A program made the position numbers and the translations under genes. This document shows, piece after piece, positions 9,711-21,737 of a stretch of 32,000 nt of DNA. Every line of letters begins with the position of its first letter. The first letter of the stretch is position 1. This DNA is from Wallemia ichthyophaga EXF-994. Lineage: Eukaryota > Fungi > Basidiomycota. Location: contig NW_008806274.1 in NCBI RefSeq assembly GCF_000400465.1, forward strand, positions 600,244 to 632,243, given 5' to 3'. The notes under the pieces are model-generated. The model had not been told where the DNA came from. It saw only the letters and a list, made by a program, of their open reading frames with translations, and ran no database searches.

Positions 9711-10810
9711 TTAGTCCTTCTTCTCGTTAGATTCAGTTGTAGGAGCAGATGCGTCTTTAGCAGGAGGCTGTTCTTTCTGCTCGTTGTTCTCGTTGCTTTG
9801 GTTGGTGTCTTCTTTGTTTTCACCGTCAAGACGTTGTTTCGCAACCTTTACGGTGATAGTTCTTCTACCAACAACAGAGCCATTTAATTCATTGATTGCT
9901 TTCTCTTGATCAGTGCTCTTCTTTAGTTGAACGAATCCTAAACCTCTTGAACGCTTGGTCAATGGGTTGGATCTGTTCACCACTCTGACTTGGTCAACCT
10001 CCAAACCTTTACTCTCAAACAATTCCCTCAATTGCTGATCTCTGAATGGAATCTTTGGTTGATCGTCACCTTGGTAGTGTCTGAATGGAAGGTTGTCAAC
10101 AAAGACAGAATCCGCCAATGGTTCACCCAGAGGCTTAGCTGATTGGCGAGATGCTTGGCGCTTTCTTTGAGATCTCTTTTTGTTGCCAGCCTTCTTCTCA
10201 CTGCTGTTCTCCTCCTCTGACTTTGGTTGCTGAGCATCTGATTGGGCGGGAGTAGAATCGACTTGCTCAACGCCAGCTTCGTCGTTGTTCTCAGCAGCAG
10301 CAGCAGCAGCAGCCTTCTTCTGTTGCTGCTTCTTCTTTTGTTGCTTTCTTGGTTTTCTTGACTTTGGCTTATCAGAACCATCTTCCTCACCAGGAGCGGC
10401 TGAGTCATCAATCCTTTGGCTACGCTCTGGCTTTGGTTCCTTTGGTCTAGCGATTTCAACGACGATGTTTCTGCCCTGATAATCTTGACCGTTGAGAGCC
10501 TTTACAGCGGTTTCTGCTTGTTCCTTTGTTGCGTAATCAACGAAACCGAATCCCTTTGAGCGTGAACCGAAGCGAATAATTTGAGCATCAGTGCTTTAAT
10601 GAGATTGTAAGAATTACTAAAAATCCAAATTAAACACGCCACTCACATTTCACCGTGCTCTTTGCACAAATCCTTCAAACCATCATCCTTAACGGAGAAA
10701 GGAAGGTTTCCAACGAATACCTTTAAGGTTGGTAATACGGCAGCTTCAGCTGGTTGGTGAGCTTCAACTGCTTGTGCTGCATGCGTTTCAACTGGTGGTG
10801 CTTGCGACAT
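9711..10810 (-). CDS. Two-RRM RNA/ssDNA-binding protein with Lys/Gln-rich linker; intron 10594-10646
   Basis: RRM1: KVFVGNLSF and RSKGFGFVDY. RRM2: SVFVDNLPF and RSRGLGFVQL. The frame is continuous from exon 2 to the stop at 9711. Confidence 0.85.
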
Positions 10811-10880
10811 TTTTATAAATTCGACGTGGTTTGGGACAAGGGAACACTGAAAAATCTTGTACAGACGTCATCAACATCAA

Positions 10881-11462
10881 ATGAACACAGACCAGCTAGA
10901 ATCTATTAAATTGAAGCTATCGCAGTCTTTAGAGAGTCTTCAGGGCTTTCAATTCACTCTAGCCACCACTGAAATGCCAAATTGGTATGTTTAAGCGGAT
11001 TTACTTGGATTATAATCTAATTTGTATCTAAGGACTGAAATATTAAACAAGTATAACAATATACTCAGCCATGTTCACATACTCAACTCATTCCTCATCG
11101 CAAGTCAAACCAATGAAATGAATCCTAACAACTCACTTTTGAAATCTGTTATTTACCCCCAACAACCTATTGAACAATCAAGTGAACACATTCTGCACGT
11201 TCTTCTACGTACCAAGCCGTACCCCCACATTGAAGAAAAGGAGAATGATCTCATTTCAACGCTACAGCTTAACAATGAGCAAGTTGAATCAACTATAAAT
11301 GCCCACGATCAGCGCAGTAAGAGGGCTAATCAGCTTACTCAACGTATCAAGAATCAGTATGACTGGAAAGCTAGATTGGAAGTCAGTGATATCACCACCG
11401 CTAATATTTCACCCGAAGAGACTTCAAGGCTAGCTGCATTCATGTCAACTGGAACTATGTAA
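10881..11462 (+). CDS. MED8: Mediator complex subunit 8; intron 10985-11032
   Basis: MNTDQLESIKLKLSQSLESL...MPNWTEILNKYNNILS...SVIYP...LHVLLRTKPYPHIEE matches the Med8 pattern (P-x-W, VYP, LLRTK). Confidence 0.77.
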
Positions 11463-11531
11463 AATATTTGAGTATCTAAACCATTTGTATTAGTATAATG
11501 AATAATGAAATGCATTCCAAGTAAAGGAAAA

Positions 11532-13701
11532 CTACTTATTTACAGACAATTGTTGAACACCTGTTGAAACATCCGCCAACTCTCCACTCTCAGTCTTCTC
11601 AATCAATTTGGTTATCTTACCAATAGCTACCGTTTTACCTTCATCTCTCAACGTGAATCTACCCAATTGTGGATAATCGTTGAAACTCTCCACACAAACT
11701 GAGCCAGTTGATTCTAACAATGCAACAACTTTCTGTCCTTTCTTTGCGAATTGTGGTGCCTTCTTCGATTTTCTGCCCGTCTTCTTATCATAGTAGTGCA
11801 ACAACTCTGATAAATGTACCTCTTCTGCCAATGTGTGACAGTGCATCATAGCTGAGTAACCAGCGCAAATAATATTCTTATGATCAAGAATTGCCAATTG
11901 AGCTTCAAATTGTTTGACTGTCTTGACTGGTTTTCTTGGATCTGTCAACACGAATCCAACTTGCACATTCTCATCATCAACACCTCTCAACTTGAGTGTA
12001 ACATTGTCACCACATAGTGCTATTTGAATTGGCTCATCGAGTTCATCTTCAATTGTCATCACTTCAACTTGATCTTTGTTTGGCATAAGCGTTAACTTAT
12101 CTCCACATTTCAGTGTACCAGATTCAATTTTACCAACAACCATTGTACCCATATCCTTATACTTTTCACTAATTGGCATCATCAATGGTGCACTGTAATT
12201 TCTATCAACCAATGGCATTGAATCCAAGAATGGAATAAGAGCAGGTGAGTCACACCACTCTGCTTCAGGTTTTGAAACTTTATCCTTGATGTTATCTCCT
12301 GAGTATGCAGACACTGGAATGTAAGTTACATCAGTCTTCAAGCTGAACCCAGATCCCTTCAAGAACGGATTGAGCTTAGACACTATGTCATCATATCTTG
12401 CCTTATCCCATTGCACAGTTGGTTCATCCATCTTGTTGATAACGACAATAATCTTCTGAACACCTGCAGTCTTAGCAAGAACGACGTGCTCTCTAGTTTG
12501 ACCACCCTTTTCGAACCCAGTTTCAAATTCACCCTTTCTGGCGGAAATAACCAAAACAGCGACATCAGCTTGAGCAGCGCCTGAAATCATTGATGGAACG
12601 TAACCCTTGTGTCCTGGTGCATCCAAAATTGTATATCTTCTCTTCTCAGTCTCGAAAAATGCTCTACCAACTTCAACAGTCTTACCCTTTTCTCTTTCCT
12701 GAGGAGTTGAGTCCAATGCCCAACTCAAATACCACGACTCTCTACCAGCTTCTTTAGCATCCCTCTCATACTTTTCCAGTGTACGCTTGTCGACCATACC
12801 AGTTAAGTGTAACAATTGACCGCCCATTGTTGACTTTCCAGCGTCGACGTGACCACAAAACACAACGTTAAGATGTTGTTTTGGCTGTACACCATCTGCA
12901 CCGAAAAGATCCTTGAGTGTGTCTGCATCAGCTGCTGCCTTTGACTCTTTGACAATAGTGTCAGTCTTGCTTTGCGCCGCTTGGAGTGCAGACTTGGACA
13001 TTGGTGTGTTTGCTCCGCTTACTGCATTTGAATCTGAGTTATCGGTCGATTTTGCAGAAGCCCTAGATGAAGCGGCTGCAGGTGAAGGCGTTGGCGCTGG
13101 AGAAAGATCCTTTTTCTCAGTAACTGATGGAGCTGGGGCTGGCTTTTCTGGTGCAGCTGCAGGTGCAGGTGCTGCTGCTTCCTTCTTCTCCGAAGTCGCT
13201 GGAGCTGCTGCAGGCTTTGGTTTTGAGCCACCCATGCTAATTGACATAGATTTCGCAGGTGTTTCTGACTTGCGTTCCAATAATTCCTTTGCGGATGGTT
13301 TGGCAGGACCACCGCCGCCGAGTGAGAGTGATACTGGAGGGCTCTTCGTTGCACCAGAGCCTGACATCATCTCCATTTGCTCCTTTGCTGATAATCTAGC
13401 TGGCTGTTGAGGCTGTTGAGGTTCCTGCTGTGGTGGAGCGAATTGGGGTACAGCTGCTGGATATCCGCCGTATCCTTGCTGTGGATAGTATTGCTGATCG
13501 TATGGATATCCACCTCCGTATGGATAGCCCTGTGCAAATTGCTGGTCTGCCTGCTGTTGCTGTTGCTGCTGTGCTTGAGGAGGAGCAGCCCATGAAGGGA
13601 CGAAACCACTACAGAGACGTCAGAAAAAGCCTCATATATACCATGAAATCCACCCACGAAGCTGAAGGGTTAAAATTGAACGATCTCGCGTTTGGGTTCA
13701 T
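11532..13701 (-). CDS. SUP35: Translation termination factor eRF3 with PAM2 motifs, short Q/Y/G/P-rich N domain, charged M domain and GTPase; intron 13609-13657
   Basis: GHVDAGKST, ESWYLSWALD, DAPGH, NKMD, FPQ/YPQLGRFTLRD-type motifs. The N-terminus is MNPNARSFNFNPSAS|GFVPSW, spliced in frame to the 11532-13376 ORF. Confidence 0.97.
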
Positions 13702-13809
13702 TTGGAGATGAGTGTACGCTGCACAAAATTGATTAGCCAAATTATTCTGTAAACTTTAATATCAATGGCTTATGCTTGTACAACAAATAAATATTTCTTA
13801 ATCAAACTA

Positions 13810-16800
13810 TCAAATCGCTTCACGGAGTAAATCCTGGTTGATCGACAGCGTAGCTCCGCTGTCTTCTTCTTTCTTGATTTTCTTATTTTCTTTGTAAGGC
13901 GACTGATTGATGGTCTGCCTTCTCTTCAGGGGTTTGTCAGGCGTGTCAGAGCGTGATTGCATTACGTTTGATTGCGAACTGTGATGCGAACTGTTCGAAA
14001 CTGATAAAGCCGGCTTCTTTGGCGAAGACGAGGGAGTATCACAAACCCCTGCATCAGATGGTACATTCACCATCCATCCTTTCTTCTTTACTAGCTTGAC
14101 GAACTCGTCCAGCTTTTTCGATAGTGCGATAGTGGAAGCTGAACCAACGACGATCAACTTGCAACGAGCACGGGTGAGCGATACGTTAATTCTCCTCCAG
14201 TCGTTCAGCAAATCACCTATCTGATTCTTCGTGTTTGATCGACAAAGTGAGACTATAATGCAATCCTTATCTCTTCCTTGAGATCTATCAGCAGTCAGTA
14301 ATTCAACAGTCTTGTGTTTCTGTAGTCTGCTTTGTAGGTGGTATATCTGCTTGCGATAGAAGCTTATAATGCCAATCTGGTTTTCCGATACACCAAGCCT
14401 CAATAATCCTTCAGCAATTTTAGTCACAATTGCAGCTTCGCCAATATTTTGGACTAAATCACCATCGACAGTTTCTCTAGCTGGAATTTCATCTGTATTG
14501 ACGAACACAACGCGATTTCTGCGTCTTTATTAGAAATTTGCATAACACTAAACACAACGCACTCTGGGTTAATAATACGCGTAAACCAATGACTATCCTC
14601 TTTCATCTTGAAAGCGCTCGTCAGATTCAGCTTCTGCATTGCAACTGAGCCATTGCCACAGACAAGCTTCTTATCGTACACCAGCTCATTCGATAGATAC
14701 ATGATATCCTCCGCCATACGATACTGGTGAGCAAGATGAACAACCGATTCCGGATGATGTTCACATAGCCTCCTGAACAAGCTAATGTCCAATCCGTTCT
14801 TCTTGGCGAATTCACTTCTAACGAGTGGAGGTAATTGGTAGTGATCGCCAACCAAGATAAACTTATCTGAGAATCGAATGGGACCTAAGCAAACTGGTAG
14901 CGTAATTTGTGATGCCTCATCGACAATGCAGTAGTCAAAATGACGCTTAGTAAAAAGAGGATGGTTGATACCTAAACAAGTAGTAGCGACCACTTGAGGA
15001 TTCAAGAATAATCTATCAAGCTCTTCTATCGATTGCGTGCGTTCATCAACAGTTCGAACAAATTTCAACACGTCCTCGTGTATTTTGCTTCTCTGGCCCA
15101 GACGCAACACCTCAATTCCAGAAGTGTCTAACTTTCTGAGAATGGTGTCGACCGCAGAATGAGTGTAACTTGCTAGCAAGACGCTTTTACCACGCTTGAC
15201 TAATTCTTTGATTGTTGTAGCCACAGTCGTCGTCTTCCCTGTACCGGGCATTCCCAGTATAAGAGCGTATTCATTAGTGTTGATAACGCGTTGGACTGCA
15301 CTTCTCTGATCATCATTCAATCCGTCATAAGCCTTACTGTGCTGGTCACTGGGGATATGCTCATCGCTGTACGTAGGTTTCTTGAGATCGACTATCAGTT
15401 CTCGCCGACGTGGATTGGTGGTTGGGTAGAACATACTTGCCAGTGAATCACGTACAGCAGCTATACCAGTCCCAAGTTCATCCTTATCAAGTCTGTAGCA
15501 GCCAGTCGAAGGTGTATTGAGGTCTGAGCGACGTTCGAATACTGAGCTGTTTAGTGGCGTGTTCAATCCCACGGTGATACTCTCACCGGTGAGCGAGAGA
15601 ACAAAACCTTTTCCAATGGCGACAATGTCAGGCTCGATTGAGATAACGACCGCATCATTGACAACAATTTGGGAATGAGGGAGCTTCGCGAATTGCACTT
15701 TGGAGAATTCGTAGATATAGGCTGTTCTGTAAGACGTTACGGGAGCATCTTGTGCTTGCAAGGAGTTTGTTGATGTGTCAGTAATCTTCATACCACCGAA
15801 GCACATGCCTTTCCTCTCACGCTCGTCACTATTTAACGTCCACAGATGCTTCCTAAACTTGATGCTGTCGGCTTCCTCAATGCTAATGAGCTCCTCCCAT
15901 GCTCTGAAGAATTCTGTTTGTTGTACGGTGAGAGAACCTGCCTTTTTCTCCACTAGCTCATGTATATCACATTCGGTTGGGTTCGGAGGTCCTTCTAAAG
16001 CCTTTTTGTAAAGCATGCACGCATCTGCGACAAAGCAACGAGGACAGGCGTGTTTATTGTCAATAGTAGGCGGAAGAATGCTATCCTCGATATCAGGCAA
16101 ACCAGAAACATTTTCACCCTTGAATTTCTTGAGAAACTTGCTCGGCTCTTTTATGGACATATGGTGGGCTAAAATGTTGCGCTTGATCATCAAACCTCTC
16201 AACTCAACTCGCATTGGTGTTATCCTCTTGATGGAATTATCGGTGGTGTACCACAGCAAACCAGAGGGAATGACTGACTCGTAACGTTCTGCTATCATCA
16301 TGCTATAAAGCATAGTTTGCGCTCTGTGCTCAATACCTATAGTTGATTTGCCTGTCTTGATCTCGAGCGGCATCACAATATCGTTAACCATTCCTTGCGA
16401 TTTTAGATTGAGTGATCCTCGTATTGTTGCATCTACTTTACCCTTCAGGCCATACTTTGGAGACCAGATATCCTCCTCCATGGCGCACAAAGAGCTGATT
16501 GCGAGAGTTGGTGTATCTTTACGACCAGCGCGAGCATCGTAAATTTCTGCTTCATCTTTGGGAATATCACCGAAGTAAGTCTGTCCAAAGTTATACAGTT
16601 TCTGGAGTTTCTCGTTGCATTCTTCAAACGACGCGTTATAATCTAAGTCACTCTCCCATAGATCCGCGAGGTAAATCTTCAAAACTGAATACAGGTTATT
16701 CCTGACGTTCTTTTCTGCGAAGTTGCCACCATCACTTAAGCAGCGTTGAACTACCTCGTGGATGATATTCCCGTACACTAGTGCCTTGCTTTTTTGTTCA

Positions 16801-17464
16801 CCGACCGTTCGAATACGCTCAGATATCAGAGCTTTGCGAGAGCAGAAAGCTGTATCGGCGACTTTAGTGACAGATATGAGAATATCGGGATGAAGAATAA
16901 ACAAATTTTCCTTCGCTGTGACATATACAGTCCTATCGACAGAAAGTGGTTCTTTATTACTAGAGACATTGATGTCAAAGTCGCCGATAACATGAACTTT
17001 GTCGTCTGAAAGCGCGTCAGTAGTTGCTGTAGCTGTATCAGCTCTCACCGACCAATCGCAACGTGAGACTCAACCCAATCGTCGCAAAGAATGACCAAGA
17101 CAAGATCGCTAGACTTTGCACGCCTGCATTTGAGCAGCTGGGGTGGGAATCAGCTGGGTGCGATTAAAACCACGCCACCCACCTTCTGCAACCGATTGTT
17201 ATCAGAACGCGCCTCGGTCACGTCCAAAACTCTGAGCCTCTCGAAACCAGGCTTTGATCTACGCGTAGGAACGCGAGGAATTGTAGAGATGTTGTCGTCT
17301 TCGTCGTCGTAGTCGCTAAATTGCCATGTCTCTGCGTCTTGGAGCAGTTCATTCAATTGCGGTTGTGCATTGTCAGTTGTAATGGCATTGGCCGCGTCAA
17401 TATTCTCAAGATCCTCCTGATTGAGATTTAGATCCGAGTAAATTGAGGACTCTGCGCTTATCAT
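13810..17464 (-). CDS. DNA2: DNA replication helicase/nuclease Dna2 (Fe-S PD-(D/E)XK nuclease plus SF1B helicase); 3 introns (17138-17182, one near 17000-17045, one near 14520-14563)
   Basis: Fe-S cysteines FCSRK and CPRCFVADAC; nuclease GKVDAT..PLEIKTGK; helicase GMPGTGKTT, DEASQ, GDHYQLPPL, QYRM, TADRSQGRDKD, RINVSLTRAR. Confidence 0.95.
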
Positions 17465-17528
17465 GGCATAGGTGGATAAGGAGACTAATAAATGAATTTA
17501 AGGAATATTTGTACATAATTGAGCAAAC

Positions 17529-18123
17529 CTAATGGCGCTGAGCTACCTTTGGTTGCCAAGGGTACATCTTTGGTGCTGTTGTGTTATACGTGGTGAAAGC
17601 ACCTCTAGTACCAGTGAGATTTTCGATATGGTTCTCAGCCTGGGAAGTAATTGGGCGTTAGAAATGAATTCTGCGTTGTTCGCCACTCACAGGTCTCCAG
17701 TGCTCCGTTTGGGCTGTGATCTTCTTCACAACTTCATCCTCATGAGGGGCGTTGAGTCTGGTGTGGTGAAGCCACGCGTGCCATTCAGATGGAACTTGTG
17801 AGGCGTTCTCCAGTGGTGAAGATTGGGCATAGCGAACCCAGCGTTGGCGCCCTTAGAGGACAAGTGAGTACAAGTGAGCACACGCATAGGAATCCACTCA
17901 CAAGCCGCTTCTGGCATTTCCTTTTCAAGGTTCTCAAAGTATTTGTTACCGAATCTGAGCCAGAGTCAGCCAGCGCTCAATTCACCGAAAGCTGCACCCA
18001 CTTATCCGTACCAGCCAGTCTGCCTGCCTTTACATCGACCGATTCGTTGAGCTGCGTCCATGCATCCCTCAATCCAACTCTGTACCAGTTGCGCAGGTGT
18101 CTGTATAACGATTGTCCTGACAT
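17529..18123 (-). CDS. NDUFA12: Complex I accessory subunit NDUFA12 (N7BM/B17.2); 4 exons
   Basis: Spliced product MSGQSLYRHLRNWYRVGL...AGTDKFGNKYFEN...RQRWVRY...SQVPSEWHAWLHH...ENLTGTRGAFTTYNTT, with the family motifs GxDxxGNKYFE, RWV and WHxWL. Confidence 0.9.
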
Positions 18124-18176
18124 TGATGATGGCTGTATCGAATATAGGGCAATGTATAAATTTGTACACAAAACAA

Positions 18177-19667
18177 CTATTCCCAGTCTTTCAGGCTCAC
18201 ATTCCCCGCTTCTGATACTCTCTTCCCTTTTCCAGCGCCCCACACTTCCTCGCTTATCCGCCGCTCCACCTCCTCTGCTATGGCCATGCATCCAGTCAGC
18301 CCAGGGCTCTCAATACCAAAGCAGCTAATCATTCCTGGTGTATTCTCTGCATCGTGTATTATCTCAAAATCTGAAAATTGGTTGCTGCTTGGCGGGTACC
18401 GCTTCACCCTCAACCCAGCTTGATCGGGTGAAAACCCATTTGGATCGACGCCTGGAAGATACTTCTGTACAGCATCTATCACTTTACCCATATTCTTTTC
18501 AGATGGCTTCAAGTGCTCCTTCCAGTAGTCTATTTCCGTTGATTCCGGCAGGTGCTCGACATCCGGGCCAAATTTCACACTAGTACCATCAAGACCCAGA
18601 GTGAGATGCGTACCTAGACCAGCTAACGAGGGCTCTGGACATGGATAAAGCAGATGCGACACATTACTCACCCCAGGACCCTTGTACTGGAACCAGCTGC
18701 CTTTCGCATACCACAATGTGCGCTGTTCAGCTTGAGGTAGGACCATATTTAGCATTGTGTGGGCATTCAGTCCGGCGCAGTTAATGACGCTCCTCGCTAA
18801 CAACGCATCTGTCCTATCCGAGCCTTCTGTCAGCATCTGCACCACATACCCACGATCGTCTCCTTCTCCCTTGCGACTTGCGCTGTCAATGTTATGTGGG
18901 TCAATTCTCACCACGTTAGTTCCGTAGACAAGTTCACAGGACTCCGTCTCGCCGATGTCCTTCTCGAATGAGTCCATCAGGCTGTTTGTTTTGGTTAGAT
19001 CTGAATACATCATGATACGCTTCCCACCCATGTGAGTCTATTATACCAGTCTCTGGACTGTACAAAGCTGAAGTGATTGTCCTGGACAAGTCTGGCTCGT
19101 ATTTGAGCGCTTCCTCGCCGCTGATAAGCTGTGTAGGTACATTGACCTTCTCTGACTGGGTGTGTGCGTGCAGATTACGCAGGTATTGAGACTGGGATTG
19201 TGACGTGCCAATCACTAGCTTCTCTCGTTAGCTTGAATTGTCCATCTAAAAACCACACACCTTCCCCGTTTTCTTGTGATCGATTTTGTGGCTTCTGCAG
19301 CGGTCGTAGAGCAGCTTGCGTCCTCGCACACACAGCTGTGTCTTGAGCGAGCTCTGTGGGTAGCTGTACATATGTAAGATACCAAAGATGATCCTAAACG
19401 TCGTCATTTACTAGATACCGGCGTGGATGACTTCAGAATTGCGCGAACTTGTCTCCTCGCCAGCTCTCTCGTGTCTTTCGATGAGATAGCTGGAAATGGT
19501 TTTAGAAATACTCGCATTCAACGCAAAACCCACGTCGATCGCGTTGGAAATCTCTCGGCAAGTTTCTGGGCCACCGCGAGTCCAACGACACCACCACCAA
19601 TGATAAGATGATCTATCGCAAGCTCTGGTGGCTTATAAGGGAAGAGCTTCTTGAGAGTGCTGGCCAT
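18177..19667 (-). CDS. L2HGDH: L-2-hydroxyglutarate dehydrogenase-like FAD oxidoreductase (LhgO family); multi-exon
   Basis: IIGGGVVGLA FAD motif, TSSRNSEVIHAGIYYP, INCAGL, KGSWF, LYPCP, GLGTHLT, FGPD, GIESPGLT. Confidence 0.9.
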
Positions 19668-19745
19668 TGTCACAAAGCAAGAGATAAGCGTAGACTGTTA
19701 TTGGGAACTAAAGAGAAATTAATAAAATGTCTACAAATTACTAGC

Positions 19746-20340
19746 TCATGTGATTATCTTGTCCGCCTTGAGGGTGTCCAACACTTGCTGCTTCTCCTCG
19801 GTTGAGAACATTGGAGGCTAGGCGTCGTTAGCTGGGCTGCAGCGTGCGTGCAATATATCTCAACATACTGGAGCATTACGTTCACTGTTGAGAAGCGGTG
19901 TCGTCAGCATCCATGTGTATTGAAAGCAGCAGGAGCAGCAACAACAGCACTACTCCCACCACAACCAGCCAAACTCACACTTTACTACCGCCTGGCATCA
20001 GCACAGCTACAATTCGTACTCGTCAGCGTGCAATCCACATTCTCCACACGTGCAACCCACGGATATATGGATCTGGGTGCTTGCGGTTAGCCAATCTCTC
20101 CTCAAAGTGCTCAAGCACTTTAGCCAACTGGCGTGGATTCGTGATATTTCTGTTAGCTTCGAATTTAGCTCTGATTTCAATTGCGTAGTCTCTCCAGAGA
20201 TCGCGGCGGATGTACCAATCCAATCCCTGCTTGAGGTAGCGCTTGTAGAGCGACTAAGTTGCAGGTAGTTAGAACATGTACCTCTATACACCACGTGCAC
20301 GCACCTTGACGTAGATCCTATGGCTTGCTGAAAATGACAT
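19746..20340 (-). CDS. NDUFB9: Complex I accessory LYR subunit NDUFB9 (NI2M/B22); 5 exons including 28-nt (19979-20006) and 16-nt (19869-19884) exons
   Basis: MSFSASHRIYVKSLYKRYLKQGLDW...RAKFEAN...HPDPYIPVLMPGGSKVERN: LYK/LYR motif, F, HPDPY and PGGS..ERN. Confidence 0.9.
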
Positions 20341-20576
20341 GAGCTCTTGGACGTTCAGAGTGTGGAAGGAGAGTTGGTAAAAAGGACCAAATTGAGATAT
20401 TCGAATAGAGATCTACATCCGCCTCACCGTTCCAGCCTTTTTGATACATTCCATCTCTCATTCTATAGAGATACCGTCAAATCGCGAAATCAGCGGACCC
20501 GTCCCAAGTCTCAGCCCGCGAGCAACTTAAATGAATCAATGAAAACAAGCAAAACGCCCATTCGAGGTTTTCTTCT

Positions 20577-21529
20577 ATGATCAACTTGTCATTCTTCACC
20601 TTCCATATGCCAAATCCACTCAATCCACACGACAGAGCAGTCAACAAGGTCCTCAGGACTATTAACGAGTGCAATAATCTCTATCTTAATCCCTGCAACT
20701 CTGCATATCGATCAGGCGAGTTCTTGCCCCGACTTTGGTGGTTTGTTTCATTCGCGTGTATGTTACACAATCCCATAACATCACCTACAGCATTCTCAAC
20801 GAGCCCGGCTTGACACACGTTATATCATGGGCTGACGACGGAATGTCATTTCTTCTCTCGAATAAACACGCTTTCGAGAAACACGTCCTTCCGCATATCT
20901 ACAAGGCTACTAAAGTGGCCAGCTTCTACAGACAGCTCAGGGTGAGTGCAAGTTGTATGTCTGCTTTATTCAAGTTGCTCACATTTTCTCCAGCTGTATG
21001 GTTTCAAGCGGCTGGGCTCGCTGCAGGATGAGGTGTGTACTATCTTTTTCACAGCCATAAACTGACACAGTCAAGGCCACCACCTTTGAGCATCGAGCAT
21101 TGTAAGCACGTCACTCTGAATAGCTTCAACCTAAAGCGCACCACAAGCACACGCTACACCACAGTCAGTAACCTCTACAATGTCGAGCGTCTTGACTTTT
21201 TGTCTCGCAACAAAAAACAAGGCGAATTAGACAGCAACCACCCAGGTAAGTCGAGTGATATGGAAAACAAAGCAGAAGCAATCACAAACACAAACACATT
21301 TGCACCTCCCCACCTCTCTTACATTTCTGCCACTGACGCTACGATATTCATGAGCAGAGTGAATATTAGGGGCTATGCCGTACCATGCCAACCATTGATA
21401 CTATCTACACCAATCTCAACCTTACAAACAATGGTACATGCTCCAATTCCCAGAGGCGTTTCAGCTCAAATGCCCATTCTCAGAGATGACTACGAACCAG
21501 AGCAAGACAGTCACTCCAATTCAATCTAA
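20577..21529 (+). CDS. Divergent HSF-type DNA-binding-domain protein; at least 4 introns (20741-20790, 20942-20993, 21033-21075, 21102-21147); start could be 20577 or 20607
   Basis: Spliced FLPRLWCILNE...VISWADDGMSF...FEKHVLPHIYK...ASFYRQLRLYGFKR...FEHRAFTR follows the HSF winged-helix pattern. The C-terminus is uncertain. Confidence 0.72.
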
Positions 21530-21737
21530 AACTTCACAATCATATCAACAGCACACTTCTTGATACCCTTCTTGTGCGTAATGAATGCAAAATGTATTGT
21601 CCAGTATTTCGTTAATTAAAATGAGTGGACCAGATGAATATAAATATGATTGATTCCATAGTATACCTGGCATATTAGAATAAAGCCTTAACGTGCTTTG
21701 GGTAAGAAAATTTTCTATAACGAGAGTTTGTGGGGAT

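Noticed and set aside
12913-13711. Several 60-165 aa ORFs antisense or out of frame to the SUP35 N/M region; similar ORFs over ATF1 (1470-1997, 1481-1789)
   Set aside because: By-products of Q/A/P/D low-complexity coding sequence.
15900-16900. Cas4-like Fe-S PD-(D/E)XK nuclease and nearby tandem repeats as a CRISPR or defence system
   Set aside because: The nuclease is the normal N-terminal domain of Dna2; the repeats are coding, lack unique spacers and lie in an unrelated gene.
17789-18328. 179-aa plus-strand ORF
   Set aside because: Antisense to NDUFA12 and the L2HGDH 3' end, which explain the region with clean splice sites; no recognisable motif.
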